64,000 nucleotides of DNA from Cladosporium halotolerans. Its lineage: Eukaryota. Made by a program: the position numbers and the translations under genes. The notes below the pieces were generated by a model. It ran no database searches and was not told the origin of the DNA. It worked only from the letters and a program-made list of their open reading frames with translations. Location: the NCBI RefSeq assembly GCF_011745625.1, contig NW_027191456.1, positions 248,001 to 312,000 on the forward strand, read 5' to 3'. This document shows, piece by piece, positions 27,591-39,000 of the stretch; the first letter of the stretch is position 1, and the number at the start of each line of letters is the position of its first letter.

Positions 27591-28844
27591 ATGCACTTCG
27601 CCGCCCGATCTGCTCTGCTTGCCTCGTGTTTGGCTCTCAGAGTGCACGCTTTGCCGTTGACTTCCTATTCCGTCGTCGATGTCGACGGCGGATCCTCAGC
27701 CGCAGATGCCGCAGACGACCAGCCTACGACAGTCTTCCAGACGGTGACAAAGTCTTCCGAAGCCGAGAAGTCTGAGCCCACTACAGTTTCCGTCACTGTC
27801 GTCGAGACCACTAGTGTCAAGCATTCCGACGTGCCGACTTCCCATGCCGCCTCTTCCCTGAGGACATCGGCCAACGCTTCCACAACTCCACACGCATCTT
27901 CCGCCGCCGCTTCAAGCTCCCTGGACGCCTTGTCTGTCCTCGCGTCGGCGCAGTCGAGCATCTTCGCGCACGGAACTGGCACTGCGTCGCCTGAACCGCC
28001 TCTCACCACCAAGGCCCCCGTTTACGACCTCCCCAGTGCCCAAGCGCCGGCTCCGACGAAACCCGATGGTCCCGGCGAGGACTGTGATATCCCTCAGACC
28101 ACTGTCACGGCTGACATTCCTGACTCGGACGAGGCTGCTGAGGAGTCTACCAAGGGACCACGCGAGACTGTAACTCTCCTCTCTACTACGACCGTAACTC
28201 CGGCTGCAGAGTCCACTTCCTACTACGATGATGGCATGTGGCACACTCGCTACGCTGTGAAGCCCTCTGCCGCTGCACCGGAGGCCGAGCACGTCGCGCC
28301 GACCGAGGAGAAGGTTGCTGCTCCTGTGGAGCAAGAGCCGCAGGAGAAGAACCCCTCCATCCCTACCTTTGCCAACAAGACCACTCCTCAGGGAACCGGT
28401 GCTCCTAAGATCCTCGTGCAGCCCTTGCTCCCGATGGCCACTGGCAACTCCATTGTCGCCCGCCAGCTGAACGAAGATGCGCCCTTTCCCACTCTCAGCC
28501 CCGTTCAGGGTACCGGTGCTCAGATACTTAGCAACCCTTTCAGGGCTGAGGCGACCGGAATTGCCGCTCGTGCCGCCGCAACTGGTGGCGCACTCGCGGA
28601 TCCTGAAGTTCTTGTCGCTGCTCGCGCTCCGGCCGCCAGTGGCATTATCGCTCGTGCTGCTCCTTCTGGTATCCTTGCTCGTGATGCCCCCTCTGGGGTC
28701 CTCGCTCGCGCCGAACCTACTGGCATCGTCGCTCGTGCCGCACCCACCGGAATTGTCGCTCGCGCGGCTGCTACAGGCATCCTGGCTCGCGGTGCGCCGG
28801 CCAGCTACAATGTTGTCAGCTGGAATGAGACTGCTGAGGCTTAA
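27591..28844 (+). CDS. Secreted Ser/Thr/Ala/Pro-rich protein with C-terminal 9-aa repeats
   Basis: Signal-peptide-like start MHFAARSALLASCLALRVHALP, strong codon bias, SYYDDGMWHT motif and tandem xAPxGILAR-type repeats. Confidence 0.75.
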   Translation: MHFAARSALLASCLALRVHALPLTSYSVVDVDGGSSAADAADDQPTTVFQTVTKSSEAEKSEPTTVSVTVVETTSVKHSDVPTSHAASSLRTSANASTTPHASSAAASSSLDALSVLASAQSSIFAHGTGTASPEPPLTTKAPVYDLPSAQAPAPTKPDGPGEDCDIPQTTVTADIPDSDEAAEESTKGPRETVTLLSTTTVTPAAESTSYYDDGMWHTRYAVKPSAAAPEAEHVAPTEEKVAAPVEQEPQEKNPSIPTFANKTTPQGTGAPKILVQPLLPMATGNSIVARQLNEDAPFPTLSPVQGTGAQILSNPFRAEATGIAARAAATGGALADPEVLVAARAPAASGIIARAAPSGILARDAPSGVLARAEPTGIVARAAPTGIVARAAATGILARGAPASYNVVSWNETAEA

Positions 28845-28892
28845 ATGAGCCTTGTGAACGGCCACATTGCCTTTACTACAATAAAGAAGCAC

Positions 28893-28926
28893 ACTGATTG
28901 AGCGAGCATACTGATTGAGCGAGCAT
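28893..28926 (+). repeat. 17-bp perfect tandem duplication (ACTGATTGAGCGAGCAT x2) in the presumed 3' UTR
   Basis: Read directly from the sequence. Confidence 0.8.
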
Positions 28927-29762
28927 GTCTGACTAAGTGACGGATAATTTGGAAAAACAAAAAAAGCAAACAATGAGCGATGGAGTAATTGAGTGTACAT
29001 TGCACAGCGACTGATGGGATTGGGTTGGCTGCATAGCGATGGGTTTTCGTTTTCTTCTCTTTTCTTTTTCTCGCCGATGGCCACCCTGCTAGTGCAGCAA
29101 TAGGGACTGTTCAGGTCACGAACTAATGATGGAGCGTGCATAGATAGACGGCTTTCCTGTAAAATGATTGTATGAAGTCCGATAACCACGATCTCGCCTC
29201 CTCAAAGGAGCAAACCCTCCGTGATTGATCCGTTCGAATATCTAGCCTTCGGAGTCTTCCTCAAGCTTGTTTCCCGCATCATCTCAACAACGGCCATCGA
29301 CCGTCGTCGACAAGCACGCGCCCACCTGCCTAAATCCCTCGCGGCTCTTGGCTGCTCCCGCCCGCCCCACACGCCCGCCAGCACGTGTCCCTGATCCAAC
29401 TTCACACTCGCTGCTGCGCTCCCGACTTCACGACAAACCGGCTGTCCTCGCCGATCACTTGCAGGTAAGGTAAGGTAAGGCAGGCGACTTCAATCAAGGC
29501 CGGCTCTGGGTATGCGACTTGGCGCACTGTTTGGGCGACGATTGCCCACACGTGCTGGCGTTCATGCGCTGCGGATCTCGCGAGGCGAGTCTCCGCGGGC
29601 TTGGGAGGGAGTCTAGATGGAATTAACAATGGGGACGGCGTGTTCCCTCTGCGTGGGTGGCGGCCTGCGTGGTATGAGGATATAGTCTTCAAGTGTCGCC
29701 GTTAGTAGGGCTGTCCTTCTCTCCCTCGTCTCAATAATCCTCTCCCTCGATACATTGACGCC

Positions 29763-30857
29763 ATGCACGTCACGCAGCCTTTCGTTGCCGCCGTCCTGGC
29801 CGCGGCAGCAAATGCTGCTCCGGCGCCTTACAGCTACGGCAAAGACAATCACACCTCGTCCTGCACCTACAATGGCACTTCCGGTGGCAAATTCGACTAC
29901 GATGCTCTCAGTCTGCGCGAGGTCGGTGCCCGCAACACGCTGGACTGGCGCATCTGGCTGCTCCACAAGTGCCAGCCGATCTCGTTCTGGCACGACGTTC
30001 CTCTGTACCCGTACGAGAACGACACCACCATCGTCAACGCAGTCGTCGAGATCCCGCGCTGGACGGACGGCAAGATTGAGATCGAGAGCGAGGAGCCGCT
30101 GACGCCCATCTTCCACGACGACCGCAACGATGCGCCGCGCTACGTCGAGTCCGTCTGGCCGCACAGGTCGTACCCCTTCGTCTACGGCTCCGTAAGTCTC
30201 GCGCTCTCTCGAAAAGAATTTCCTTCCTGGTACTGACAACATCAGATCCCCCAAACCTGGGAAAACCCCAACCTCGACCACCCCTTCACCAACGAGCCCG
30301 GCGACAACGACCCGATCGACTTCTTCGACATCGGCCAAGACATGGGCTACACGGGCCAAGTGCGGCAGTCCAAGGTCCTCGGCGCGCTTGCGCCCAACGA
30401 CGGCGGCGAGACCGACTGGAAAGTGCTGGTGATCGACGTGCGGGACCCGATCGCGCCGCTCGTCAACTCCGTCGAGGACGTCGAGAAGTTCCGCCCGGGC
30501 GTGACGGAGGCCTTCAGGGACTGGTTCCGCTACTACAAGGTCGCGCGCGGCGACGGCGTCATCCCGCTCGTCGGCGGCGACTACGTGAACGCGAGCTACA
30601 TCACCGAGCACGTGCTGCCGCAGGGCCACGAGTGGTGGATCGATCTGGTTTCTGGCAGCGAGGACCCGGATGGTCTTGATGTCAACCAGATCAGCATCGC
30701 GGAGTACGACGGGTACGTTGCGCCGAGCGAGGCGGCGGAGGAGCTCGAGATTCCGACGGAGGATGACATCCAGCCTGCCGCGCCGAGGCCGGCGGAGTAC
30801 GATGAGTGGTACTACCTGGATGAGGAATTCGGGCTCATCCAGCAGGGCCCTGAGTGA
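29763..30857 (+). CDS. Family I inorganic pyrophosphatase with a predicted signal peptide (intron ~30192-30245)
   Basis: ISFWHDVPL, VVEIPRWTDGKIEI, YGS|IPQTWE, GDNDPID, DGGETDWK and WFRYYK. Hydrophobic N-terminus MHVTQPFVAAVLAAAANA. Confidence 0.88.
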
Positions 30858-30929
30858 TAGAGTGGCTTCTACGAGACTCCTAGATTTATGCTAAAAGTTG
30901 CCGCTTGGTGTCAACTTCATTTCAAACCT

Positions 30930-31430
30930 CTGTTGACATGTGACAGTCCGAGCTTCACTCACGACTTCCTAATTCGGGAATCCCAACTTTGCTGTTTGAT
31001 GGCATCTTCGCATGTCAGTCGTCTGCCACCTCACTTACAAGCGTAGAAGCCGAAGCTCTCTCGCAACTGCCTAATTCGAAAATCCCAACTCGACGCCTGT
31101 CTCATGTCAGCAGCCGGCACTTCACTTGCATGCGACAGTCAACTTCACTCACACGCATGAAAACTCGCGACTTCCTATTTCGGAAATCTGAGCTCGAGTT
31201 TGCTATCCTGTGTGTCACATGCCAATCTGTCGGTCACTTCACTTACACTCATGAACACTCGTACCTTCTCCTAATTCGGAGATTGCAAACTCGACGTTCG
31301 ATGCCACTCGCTTCGCTCGCCTCTGAACCGAACCGAACCGGCACGTGACACCCGACGTCATCGGCCGGACTTCACTTACTCGCAGAGCGTGAAAACTCGG
31401 AACTGCCTAAATAGGAAATTTGGGTCGTTG
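30930..31430 (+). repeat. Degenerate direct-repeat array, 5 units of ~100 bp
   Basis: Core CCTAATTCG-like word at 30968, 31070, 31174, 31270 and 31406, each preceded by an (A)CTTCACT(T/C)AC-like word. Confidence 0.75.
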
Positions 31431-31439
31431 GAGTTCTAG

Positions 31440-31454
31440 AAAAAAAAAAAAAAA
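31440..31454 (+). repeat. Poly(A)15 tract
   Basis: Read directly from the sequence. Confidence 0.9.
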
Positions 31455-32512
31455 GTTGGGAAAATTTTCGGAGGCGAGTGCTGGATCACACTCGCGTTCG
31501 CGGAAGAGGGGGGGGACGAGCTCGAGGCGCTTGGATGGGCGCGAAAAGGTGCGTAGTCAGGGAGATGGGCGGCCAGACGCTGGATGGATGGATGGAGTTC
31601 TGCGCCTGCAGACAGAGTTGGATGGACGGTGCGCTGCGCGCTCGCAACGGGCAGGGAATAGCAGTAGGAAATTGCAGGGCCAAGGGATCAAAGACAGAAT
31701 AGGCGTGAGGGTCTCGGTCTGCGATCTGAGTGACGAAGGCCGGCTGGATGAGGTGAAAACCGTCTCTATTGATCTTCTCAAAGCTATCTGCCTGCCAGTC
31801 ATCCCATCCCATTCCACCCCGTCCGTCCAGTCAAGGGACCCGGTATTCAAAAGCAAGCTTCATCATTTGATATTGGAACCCTCGGCTCGGAGAGGGAAGC
31901 AAAAGCCAATTCGACCAAGTGAGAAGCTGAGCAAGAAAAGGCCAACTAAACTAGACTAACAACGGCATAAGCAAAAAAAGGTAAGTCCGGCCCCTTACAA
32001 AAAAACAAACATGAGGAGCCCTGGGGGTATACAACAGTAGCACACACACATAACATAAGAGAGACATGTGGCTTCGGGAGGGGAAGGAGCTAGGCCTTCT
32101 TCCCCTCCGAGCCGCAGTAAAAGCAAAAAAAGGAAGAAAAAAGAGCTCAAAACAAAATTAAACGCCCATGGGAGGGGACTTCTTCCCCTCCAAGCGGAGG
32201 GTTGCAGAATGTCCAGTCCGCTTGTGCCCAAACCCAAGTCCCGATTCCGAGGTTGTTGTTCCCTTTTCCTGATGATGGCATGATACAAGTACACCACAAC
32301 CCCCGCTTCCTCGATGCACTGTGTTTGAGAGGAGAAGGGGGGTTGAAAGAGTTGTCGCTAAGAATGTTGTGAACGCCGGCTGGAAACGTTGGATTTTGAC
32401 AAGTAAAGAGAGTCGTCAAATTTTTGGGGTTGGTTTGTCGTTAGGGGTGTTGTGATGGTGGTCGAGGCTCCCCTGCGAGAGGTGGTGTGGTGGGAGGAGG
32501 CGGGATGTTTCT

Positions 32513-35500
32513 TCAACGCATCGATTCTCGGTCGAGGCTTGAGGTGCGGCTGAGAGGGCCGTTGGGCTCGCATACACCTCCTGTGAATTGGTCACCGCGT
32601 TTGCGTCGCTCGCTCGGGTTGCGGCTGAAGATGCGGCGGGGCCAGGATCGCTCGCTGCGCTGCAGCGGTTCGATTGGGCGAGGCGACGAAGATCGGATTG
32701 AAGAGGCGTACATCGGTTCGATGATGCTGCTGCTGCTGTCGTCGTGCTGGAGAGTGACCGGGGGATCCTTGCGGATCTTGACGAAGAGCTTGGCGTCACG
32801 GTATTGCTCGCCGTTCGGGTTGAAGAGGGGCAGGTGGCGGTATCCTTGCTGAAGGCTATCGAGCTTGGCAGTGAATGTGGCGAGGAGCGTGTTGTTGGAG
32901 TTGGCGCGACGTCCATCGGGAGAGTTCCACACAGTCCACCTCACAAAGATGAGGCTGGTGTGCTTTGTCTCAACGGTCATGTTGATGGGCTGGTTGAACA
33001 CTGGGTCGAACCCATTGCCCTCGACGACACGGGTGCGCTTGCGCAAGGGAGAGCCGATGCCGAGCATACCGTCACGAGCCGATGCATCGATACCGCCTTC
33101 ACCGGAGGCGATGCCACGCGCCTTGTCTTCGGCCGAGTACATCTCAAACTCAATGTACGGATTCATCGGAGTTTCGGACGACTGGTTGCGCGGGCGCGGA
33201 AGTCTCTGAGCGGAAACGATGTCGACGTCAAACTTAACCATCTTCTTCCACTTCTTCTCCTTGGCCTCAGCATCGTCTGTGAGAACATCTGCGATGGGCA
33301 GGTGCTTGGCCTGGCGGAGCTCCTCGGGCTTTAGAACATAGCCAAGGCGGTCAGACCCAGCAGCGAACATGGCCTCATTGACCTGCATGTGCACGTCGTA
33401 GGTCTGCCAGTTGAGAGCGGCCATCTGCACACCGCGGCGCCAGGCTTGAAGAGGGTTGAAGTTGGAGGAGTCGATGCGCCTCGCGCCAGGGTAGACTCGC
33501 ATGAGGTAACGCATGTTGTGCTTCTCGAGCATGGCTTTGCTGTCGGAGTTCCTTGCGCACAGCTTGGCGAATGTGTTCTCAGAGAAAGAGAAGATGTGGT
33601 TGTATGTCTTCGCCTCTGGCGCATTGAAACCGCCATACTTGATGCCTTGCGAGTAAACGCCAAGCCGACCCAGCTCCAGCGTGATTTTGCTCGTCTTACG
33701 CCGCTTACCTTTCTCCAAGGCGGCTGCAGGGTGGTCGCTGTCCTCACTCGATGAGCTCGGCGACATGGTAGGTCCAGATGTTGTTGATCCCCTGGGCGTA
33801 GAAGATGCAGCAACAAAGCTGTCGGACGGGCTCATGTTCGGAGGACTGCCAACAAGAGGCGATGCTGAAACCAAGCTGGGGTCGGATGAAGGAGTGCGGG
33901 TGAAGGTCGAGGTAATGCTGCGCGCCCGGCTGCGGCCGTTGGGGGCGTCCGCGATTTGCATCCCAAAGTCGCTCTCCTCGGATGCTTTGACCTTGACCAG
34001 AATCTTATGCCTCAACTCCTCAGGCGAAGGCAGAGAAATAGAGTTGCTCATAAGTGGGTCGAGAATCATAACACCTTCCCAATGCGTTTTCATAAGGTCT
34101 ACCATCGCGAGCTGCTGGTCGACGCTGCAGTGCACCTCTAGAGAAACAATCAAAGGGTAAGGTGTGCTGTGGAATGCGTATTTCGAGATAACGGAGACAC
34201 AGTCTTCGAAAGGAATTTTAGTGGTCATGGTCCGGCCATGTGTGACCATCGGGCGGCCATTTTCACCGTCCCAGCAGTCGATTTCGATGCAGCGGCAGCC
34301 TTTAACAAGTGCGGAGATGTATCCTTCTACGCTTGATGCACCTGCGACTTGGCGACCGAGAAGGTAAGTGTTGTGCGAGCTTGAAACAAAGTACTCGTTC
34401 AGAGGGCGGTCGAGGGTGACCTCGCCCTTCTTTTGAACGAGAGGCGTATTATAAGAGGAAGTCAGGAAATTCTGGAAGCCCAGCATGTTCATGGTTCGTT
34501 GGCCAATGAGAGGCTCGGCGTCGGGAAGGCGATGTTGGTTAGAGGCATTCTTCGCAAATTTCTCGAAGACTGCTTCCCAGTGGCTGCGGTCCTTCTCAAC
34601 ATCAACGCGCTGTTGCTCTTTCAGGAATTCCATGAAGGTATCCTGATCCATCTCCAGGTCGGTCCCGAACTTTATGTTGCGATAGAGGTTTTGAATGTCC
34701 TTGCGCTCTTTGAAAGAATCGACGAAGTCACGGTACTGAGAGTAATCCAGGCTGCCGCAGCGCTCAACATCAGACCGAGTAAAGTGTGTCCGAACAGTAT
34801 CCTCTGAGCAGTTGATTTCAAGCTTGCGGCAAATCCATCGAGCATCGTCAAGGGTGAACGATTCGTCAGCATCAGAGGCCTTGCGAGCCATTGCCTGGCG
34901 CCATGCCATTGCAATGCTTTTATCGCTCTTTTCGACAGACGACGAAAGCGCATTCATGATTTCTATCCGTTCTCTGGTGACTCTGTTTAGCGCGTCGGCC
35001 CAGAGTTTGGTGATGTACGCGTCGTCCGTCATGAGGTGCATGTTCTTGATCGTCCGGCCTTTGGATCGTTCGGGAAGCTCGTAGATGATGGAAATCATTC
35101 GGTTTTCGTGTTCGTTGGGCACTTTGACATCGTCACGTGCGTTCCTAGAGTCAGCGCCAACGCGGATCTCACGAACATCGTCGATGAAGAAGGACTTCGA
35201 AGGGTTGGTGGCGTGCCAGCAGACTCGCGCTGAGTTTGGGTCCAGCCAGATTTTGATGCGTTTGATTTTCTTGGAGGTGTGCTTGTAGACCCAAGTTCCC
35301 TGCTCTAGCACGGCGGATATGGCGGGAGCAATGCCACCTTCGAAGCTACTCAGGGCACTCGATGCATTGCTAGGGCGGCCGACAATGTTTGCGAGTCCAT
35401 TGTGGCGGCCGCGTGCTCTCGAAGGAGCACGTGACGACGCTCGAGAGTATGACCTCTCTTCGATGACATCGTCCGGGATTTCAGGAGGGCTGTCGAGTTC

Positions 35501-36097
35501 GAGGTCCGAAACATCCTGGCCGAGATCCGAGTTGCCGTTGCTATCGCTTCGACGACGCATGAGAACCGGTCCGGCGCTTTGGTCACGCATCCGCATCGAT
35601 TGCGTTGTCGATGCTCGTCGTCTCAATTTGTTATGCGCGCCGCGGGACAATCTTCGGATCAAACCAGGGCTCTTTCCGGTCATGGCTTCGGCCATTGCGC
35701 TAGGAGGGACGTTGCGAGTGTGGGGCGATGGGGATCGTTCATGAAGAGGCCTTTCCAGCGCGGATGAGCGAGGCAACACAGATGGCGACATGCTCGGGTA
35801 TGTTTGAGGTGACAGGCCATTCTCCACAACGCTGCGGTCCTGGTGCATGAAGGAGCGTTTGGAGCGGAGGGAGGGAATATGGGAGATTGGACTCCCCCGG
35901 GTGGAGGAGGCAGCGCTGCTGAGAGCAGCGGCGGAGGCGGGTGTGACTGTCATGGCGACAGTGGTGCTGAGGTTCGGGTGTTTATTAGGCACACTGGAAG
36001 CGGCCGGCGCTCGCGGAGTGGCTGAAGGCTCGTCGACTAAGAGAGAGCCATTGGGGTGTTGGTACAAGGGGGAGTGCGGACGGGACGGGAGGTCCAT
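32513..36097 (-). CDS. PLC1: Phosphoinositide-specific phospholipase C (PH, EF-hand, X, Y, C2 domains)
   Basis: 1194-aa ORF with PLNEYFVSSSHNTYL, GCRCIEIDCWDG, SLEVHC, RVYPGARRIDSSNFNP, QMAALNWQT and QGYRHLPL. Confidence 0.95.
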   Translation of the reverse strand: MDLPSRPHSPLYQHPNGSLLVDEPSATPRAPAASSVPNKHPNLSTTVAMTVTPASAAALSSAASSTRGSPISHIPSLRSKRSFMHQDRSVVENGLSPQTYPSMSPSVLPRSSALERPLHERSPSPHTRNVPPSAMAEAMTGKSPGLIRRLSRGAHNKLRRRASTTQSMRMRDQSAGPVLMRRRSDSNGNSDLGQDVSDLELDSPPEIPDDVIEERSYSRASSRAPSRARGRHNGLANIVGRPSNASSALSSFEGGIAPAISAVLEQGTWVYKHTSKKIKRIKIWLDPNSARVCWHATNPSKSFFIDDVREIRVGADSRNARDDVKVPNEHENRMISIIYELPERSKGRTIKNMHLMTDDAYITKLWADALNRVTRERIEIMNALSSSVEKSDKSIAMAWRQAMARKASDADESFTLDDARWICRKLEINCSEDTVRTHFTRSDVERCGSLDYSQYRDFVDSFKERKDIQNLYRNIKFGTDLEMDQDTFMEFLKEQQRVDVEKDRSHWEAVFEKFAKNASNQHRLPDAEPLIGQRTMNMLGFQNFLTSSYNTPLVQKKGEVTLDRPLNEYFVSSSHNTYLLGRQVAGASSVEGYISALVKGCRCIEIDCWDGENGRPMVTHGRTMTTKIPFEDCVSVISKYAFHSTPYPLIVSLEVHCSVDQQLAMVDLMKTHWEGVMILDPLMSNSISLPSPEELRHKILVKVKASEESDFGMQIADAPNGRSRARSITSTFTRTPSSDPSLVSASPLVGSPPNMSPSDSFVAASSTPRGSTTSGPTMSPSSSSEDSDHPAAALEKGKRRKTSKITLELGRLGVYSQGIKYGGFNAPEAKTYNHIFSFSENTFAKLCARNSDSKAMLEKHNMRYLMRVYPGARRIDSSNFNPLQAWRRGVQMAALNWQTYDVHMQVNEAMFAAGSDRLGYVLKPEELRQAKHLPIADVLTDDAEAKEKKWKKMVKFDVDIVSAQRLPRPRNQSSETPMNPYIEFEMYSAEDKARGIASGEGGIDASARDGMLGIGSPLRKRTRVVEGNGFDPVFNQPINMTVETKHTSLIFVRWTVWNSPDGRRANSNNTLLATFTAKLDSLQQGYRHLPLFNPNGEQYRDAKLFVKIRKDPPVTLQHDDSSSSIIEPMYASSIRSSSPRPIEPLQRSERSWPRRIFSRNPSERRKRGDQFTGGVCEPNGPLSRTSSLDRESMR

Positions 36098-39000
36098 GGC
36101 TTGAGGGCCAGGGTCGAGGCAGGCAGTGCTACTCAGTGAGGATGGCGCGAGGCATTGTGGACCGCAAGCATGGTAGCCGTCCTGGGAGCAGAGCAGGTCG
36201 CACCAGGGTTGCCTGACGGAGCGGGAAGGCCGGCGACAGGCTTCAGATATGCAAAGCGAAGGAATCGATCGACCAGCGACGCGAGGTGTCTAGTGGCGGG
36301 ATCGCGCCAGCGCGACTGCGGACTGCGGATGACGGAGGATGGAGGGGCGCGAGGCACAAGGCGGCCGGTATGGCAGCAGGTGAGCTGTCGGGGTCTGCGG
36401 CTGCGACTGCTGCTGCTCGGGTGCTGTCAGGCTAGCGACGTGGAGCGAATGCGCATGCACGTCAGAGCATGCAGGTGCAAGAATGCAGTGCTGCGGCGCT
36501 GCTTGGGGCTGAATGCGTGCGTGGGGGCCGCAGGCTTGGGCTGCTGGGAGTGGGAGCTGGCGCGGGTTGCGTGGTGCTTGTGCTGGCGACGCAGGCCGGC
36601 GGCGGGCGGAAGTATGAGTGGACGAGAGGGGATGGCGCCGGGATGGTGAGATGAGAAGTGTATGACGGGCGAGTGGCGTGTATCTGAATGGTGCGGTCCG
36701 GGCGTGCGTCTACGGCGGTACGGTGGGCAGAGCGGAGCCAGGCGCGCGGTGGTGAGTTGGCGAGGAGGTAATGGTAAGGAGTGTATGCGGTCGGCGGCGG
36801 AAGGGCGCGGTGGTGGGAGGAATGGGACGGATGGGGATGGGATGTGGTGAGGAGCGAATGCTGATGAGTCGCCGTGCGTGCTCGATCGCTCCGTTCAGCG
36901 CAGGCTGAGGCTGCCTAAGGTACCTACCGAGCGCAACCGTGCGTGCGTGCGGCAGCTGGGTTCCAGAGACTCTGCGCGGCCTGCCACAAACCTTCGACGT
37001 CCCACTCCTACGCAAATTACCTCGACCCGCCGCGCCCGCCAATGCCAGGCACAACGGCCGCCCTAGCGCGCCGGACGTCATTCAATTTCACCTCGCCCTG
37101 CGACGGGCGCGCCGCCCTACGAGCCTCAGCGACCGCGCCGCGCCCTGTCCGCACCGCACACCGCACGAGCGCTCCTTGCGACGGGGACCACGGCGACCAC
37201 TGACCACCGACCACCACCGTCCACGCCTGCTGGTGAAGCGGTGATCGAAGCGGTGATCGCGTGCGCTCGCCCGCCGCCAGAGCCGCCCCCCGTCCGCGAT
37301 CTTCCGCCGGCTGCCAGACACCTGCAAACTCTCCGGCCTGAGTGTGGAGATGTGCGTCGCGCCCCCTGTCGCGCGCCTCAGCGGTGCCTCGCGGATCCCT
37401 GCCCAACGGCCCAGCGCCCGCTCCCATGCATCAGCCTCCACGCTGCCCACGCCCGGCCGCCCGTCACCTCCTCGCGCCAGCCATCCAGCCCTGCCCTAGA
37501 CCTGATACACCTGCGCGGCCTGCCAGCAGCCTGCGACGCGGCCCCCGACGGCGGGCGTCGAGGGCTCAGGGTCTCAAACGGCCAGCCCGCCGACTGCGAA
37601 CAGCGACCTGGAAGGGCGGTGCGAGTTGCTTCCATGCTAGTGGGCTAGTGGTTACCTGACGCTTGGCCATCCGGCAGCTTGGGACCAAGTGCCGGCACGA
37701 TGCACGTAGCCGAGCGCGGCTCGTCGAGGGAGAGACGAGACGAGAGTGGCAGCACCAGCCCGCGGTGCCCCCCGGTCCTTGGTCTGCCCTGTCCAGCTGC
37801 CCGTCCTCGCCAACAACCAGGCACTGCCAGCCTGCCAGGCCGATGCGTGCAGCCCGGCTGCATCTATTCTCTCGTATCCGCCTCGCTGGCGTCGCGACGG
37901 CGCTGCGGCTTCCGCACGCTTGGCGCCGTAAATAATAGCATCCAAGATTTTTGCACCGTTGGACCCGGGCCGTTGCCAGTCTACCTGTCTGCCCGCATGC
38001 GTCCCCCCACCCGCCAGCCGCCCGCCGTCATCGTTCGGCTTTTTCCCCGTGCGCGCGAGCACCACCCGAACTCGAAGCAGTCGAGCGCAGCCCGCCGCCG
38101 CCCGACTCGCAGCACGCTGTCTGCGCGCGCGCATGAGCGCCTATCTCATGACCATATGACCGTGATCATGGGGGTCACGCTCTGTACCGCATGCAGATGG
38201 GAGCGTGAAAAAAGCGGTGTGCGCCGCGACGGCTACGCCTGTTTGGCGACCTCAGTAGCTGCCCGACCGCTCACTAAGAAGCTGACTGCCTTGACTCGCC
38301 CGTTCCAGCACGAGCCACGCGTGATCTGGCATTCACCTCCCACAAGGCTGATACGCGACACAGCATCCTGGCGCGCAGCACCCGCCGCGGTTAATGCCTG
38401 CGGTGCTCGTTTCTAGAAATCTTCCGTCTCCAGCAGGGTACCTACAGTGCGCCTGTACACTACCGCCGCGCCACGCCTGCAAGGATATTCCGCGCCCGTC
38501 CCTTGACAGCGCTGAAGCACGAGCTGCGACCAGCGCTTGTCCCACGGCATCCCATCGCATCCGGCCACGCCTGCTCAGTTTCAGCGCGCATTCGTGCCCG
38601 AGCCCTGGCCTTCCTCTTCGATCACCGCCTTCCTGCTGGAATCACACTAGTCGGCGCCGACGACGGGCAGCCGGTGCCAGCTCGGCTACCTGGCAAGCCG
38701 TCCAGCAACCGAGCCACCGTGCAAACAAGGCGCAGTCTGCTCTTCCTTCTCAAACACGAGGAAAATCCGCCTCCAAAGTGGGGATGATGTGCAGCTGCTA
38801 TTTCTGACCGCCGTCCTAAAAGCCAACTCAGGTCGAATGGAAGCTATTGGCCGCCAATCGTATCCCGCGTCGCATGGGCAATCAATCAGCGCCCGCGCAT
38901 CTCCTTTTCCTCATCTCGTGTCGCGTGTGCGGTGAGCCCGATGATCCAGCACCATCCCACAATTTTCTTTCTCTCCCACACCGGTGTCGCTTAGCACGTC

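Noticed and set aside
27912..30629. Long minus-strand ORFs (425 aa, 338 aa)
   Set aside because: Antisense shadows of the secreted repeat protein and of the high-GC3 PPase.
30930..31430. CRISPR-like interpretation of the repeat array
   Set aside because: Eukaryotic context, degenerate and irregular repeats, and no cas genes.
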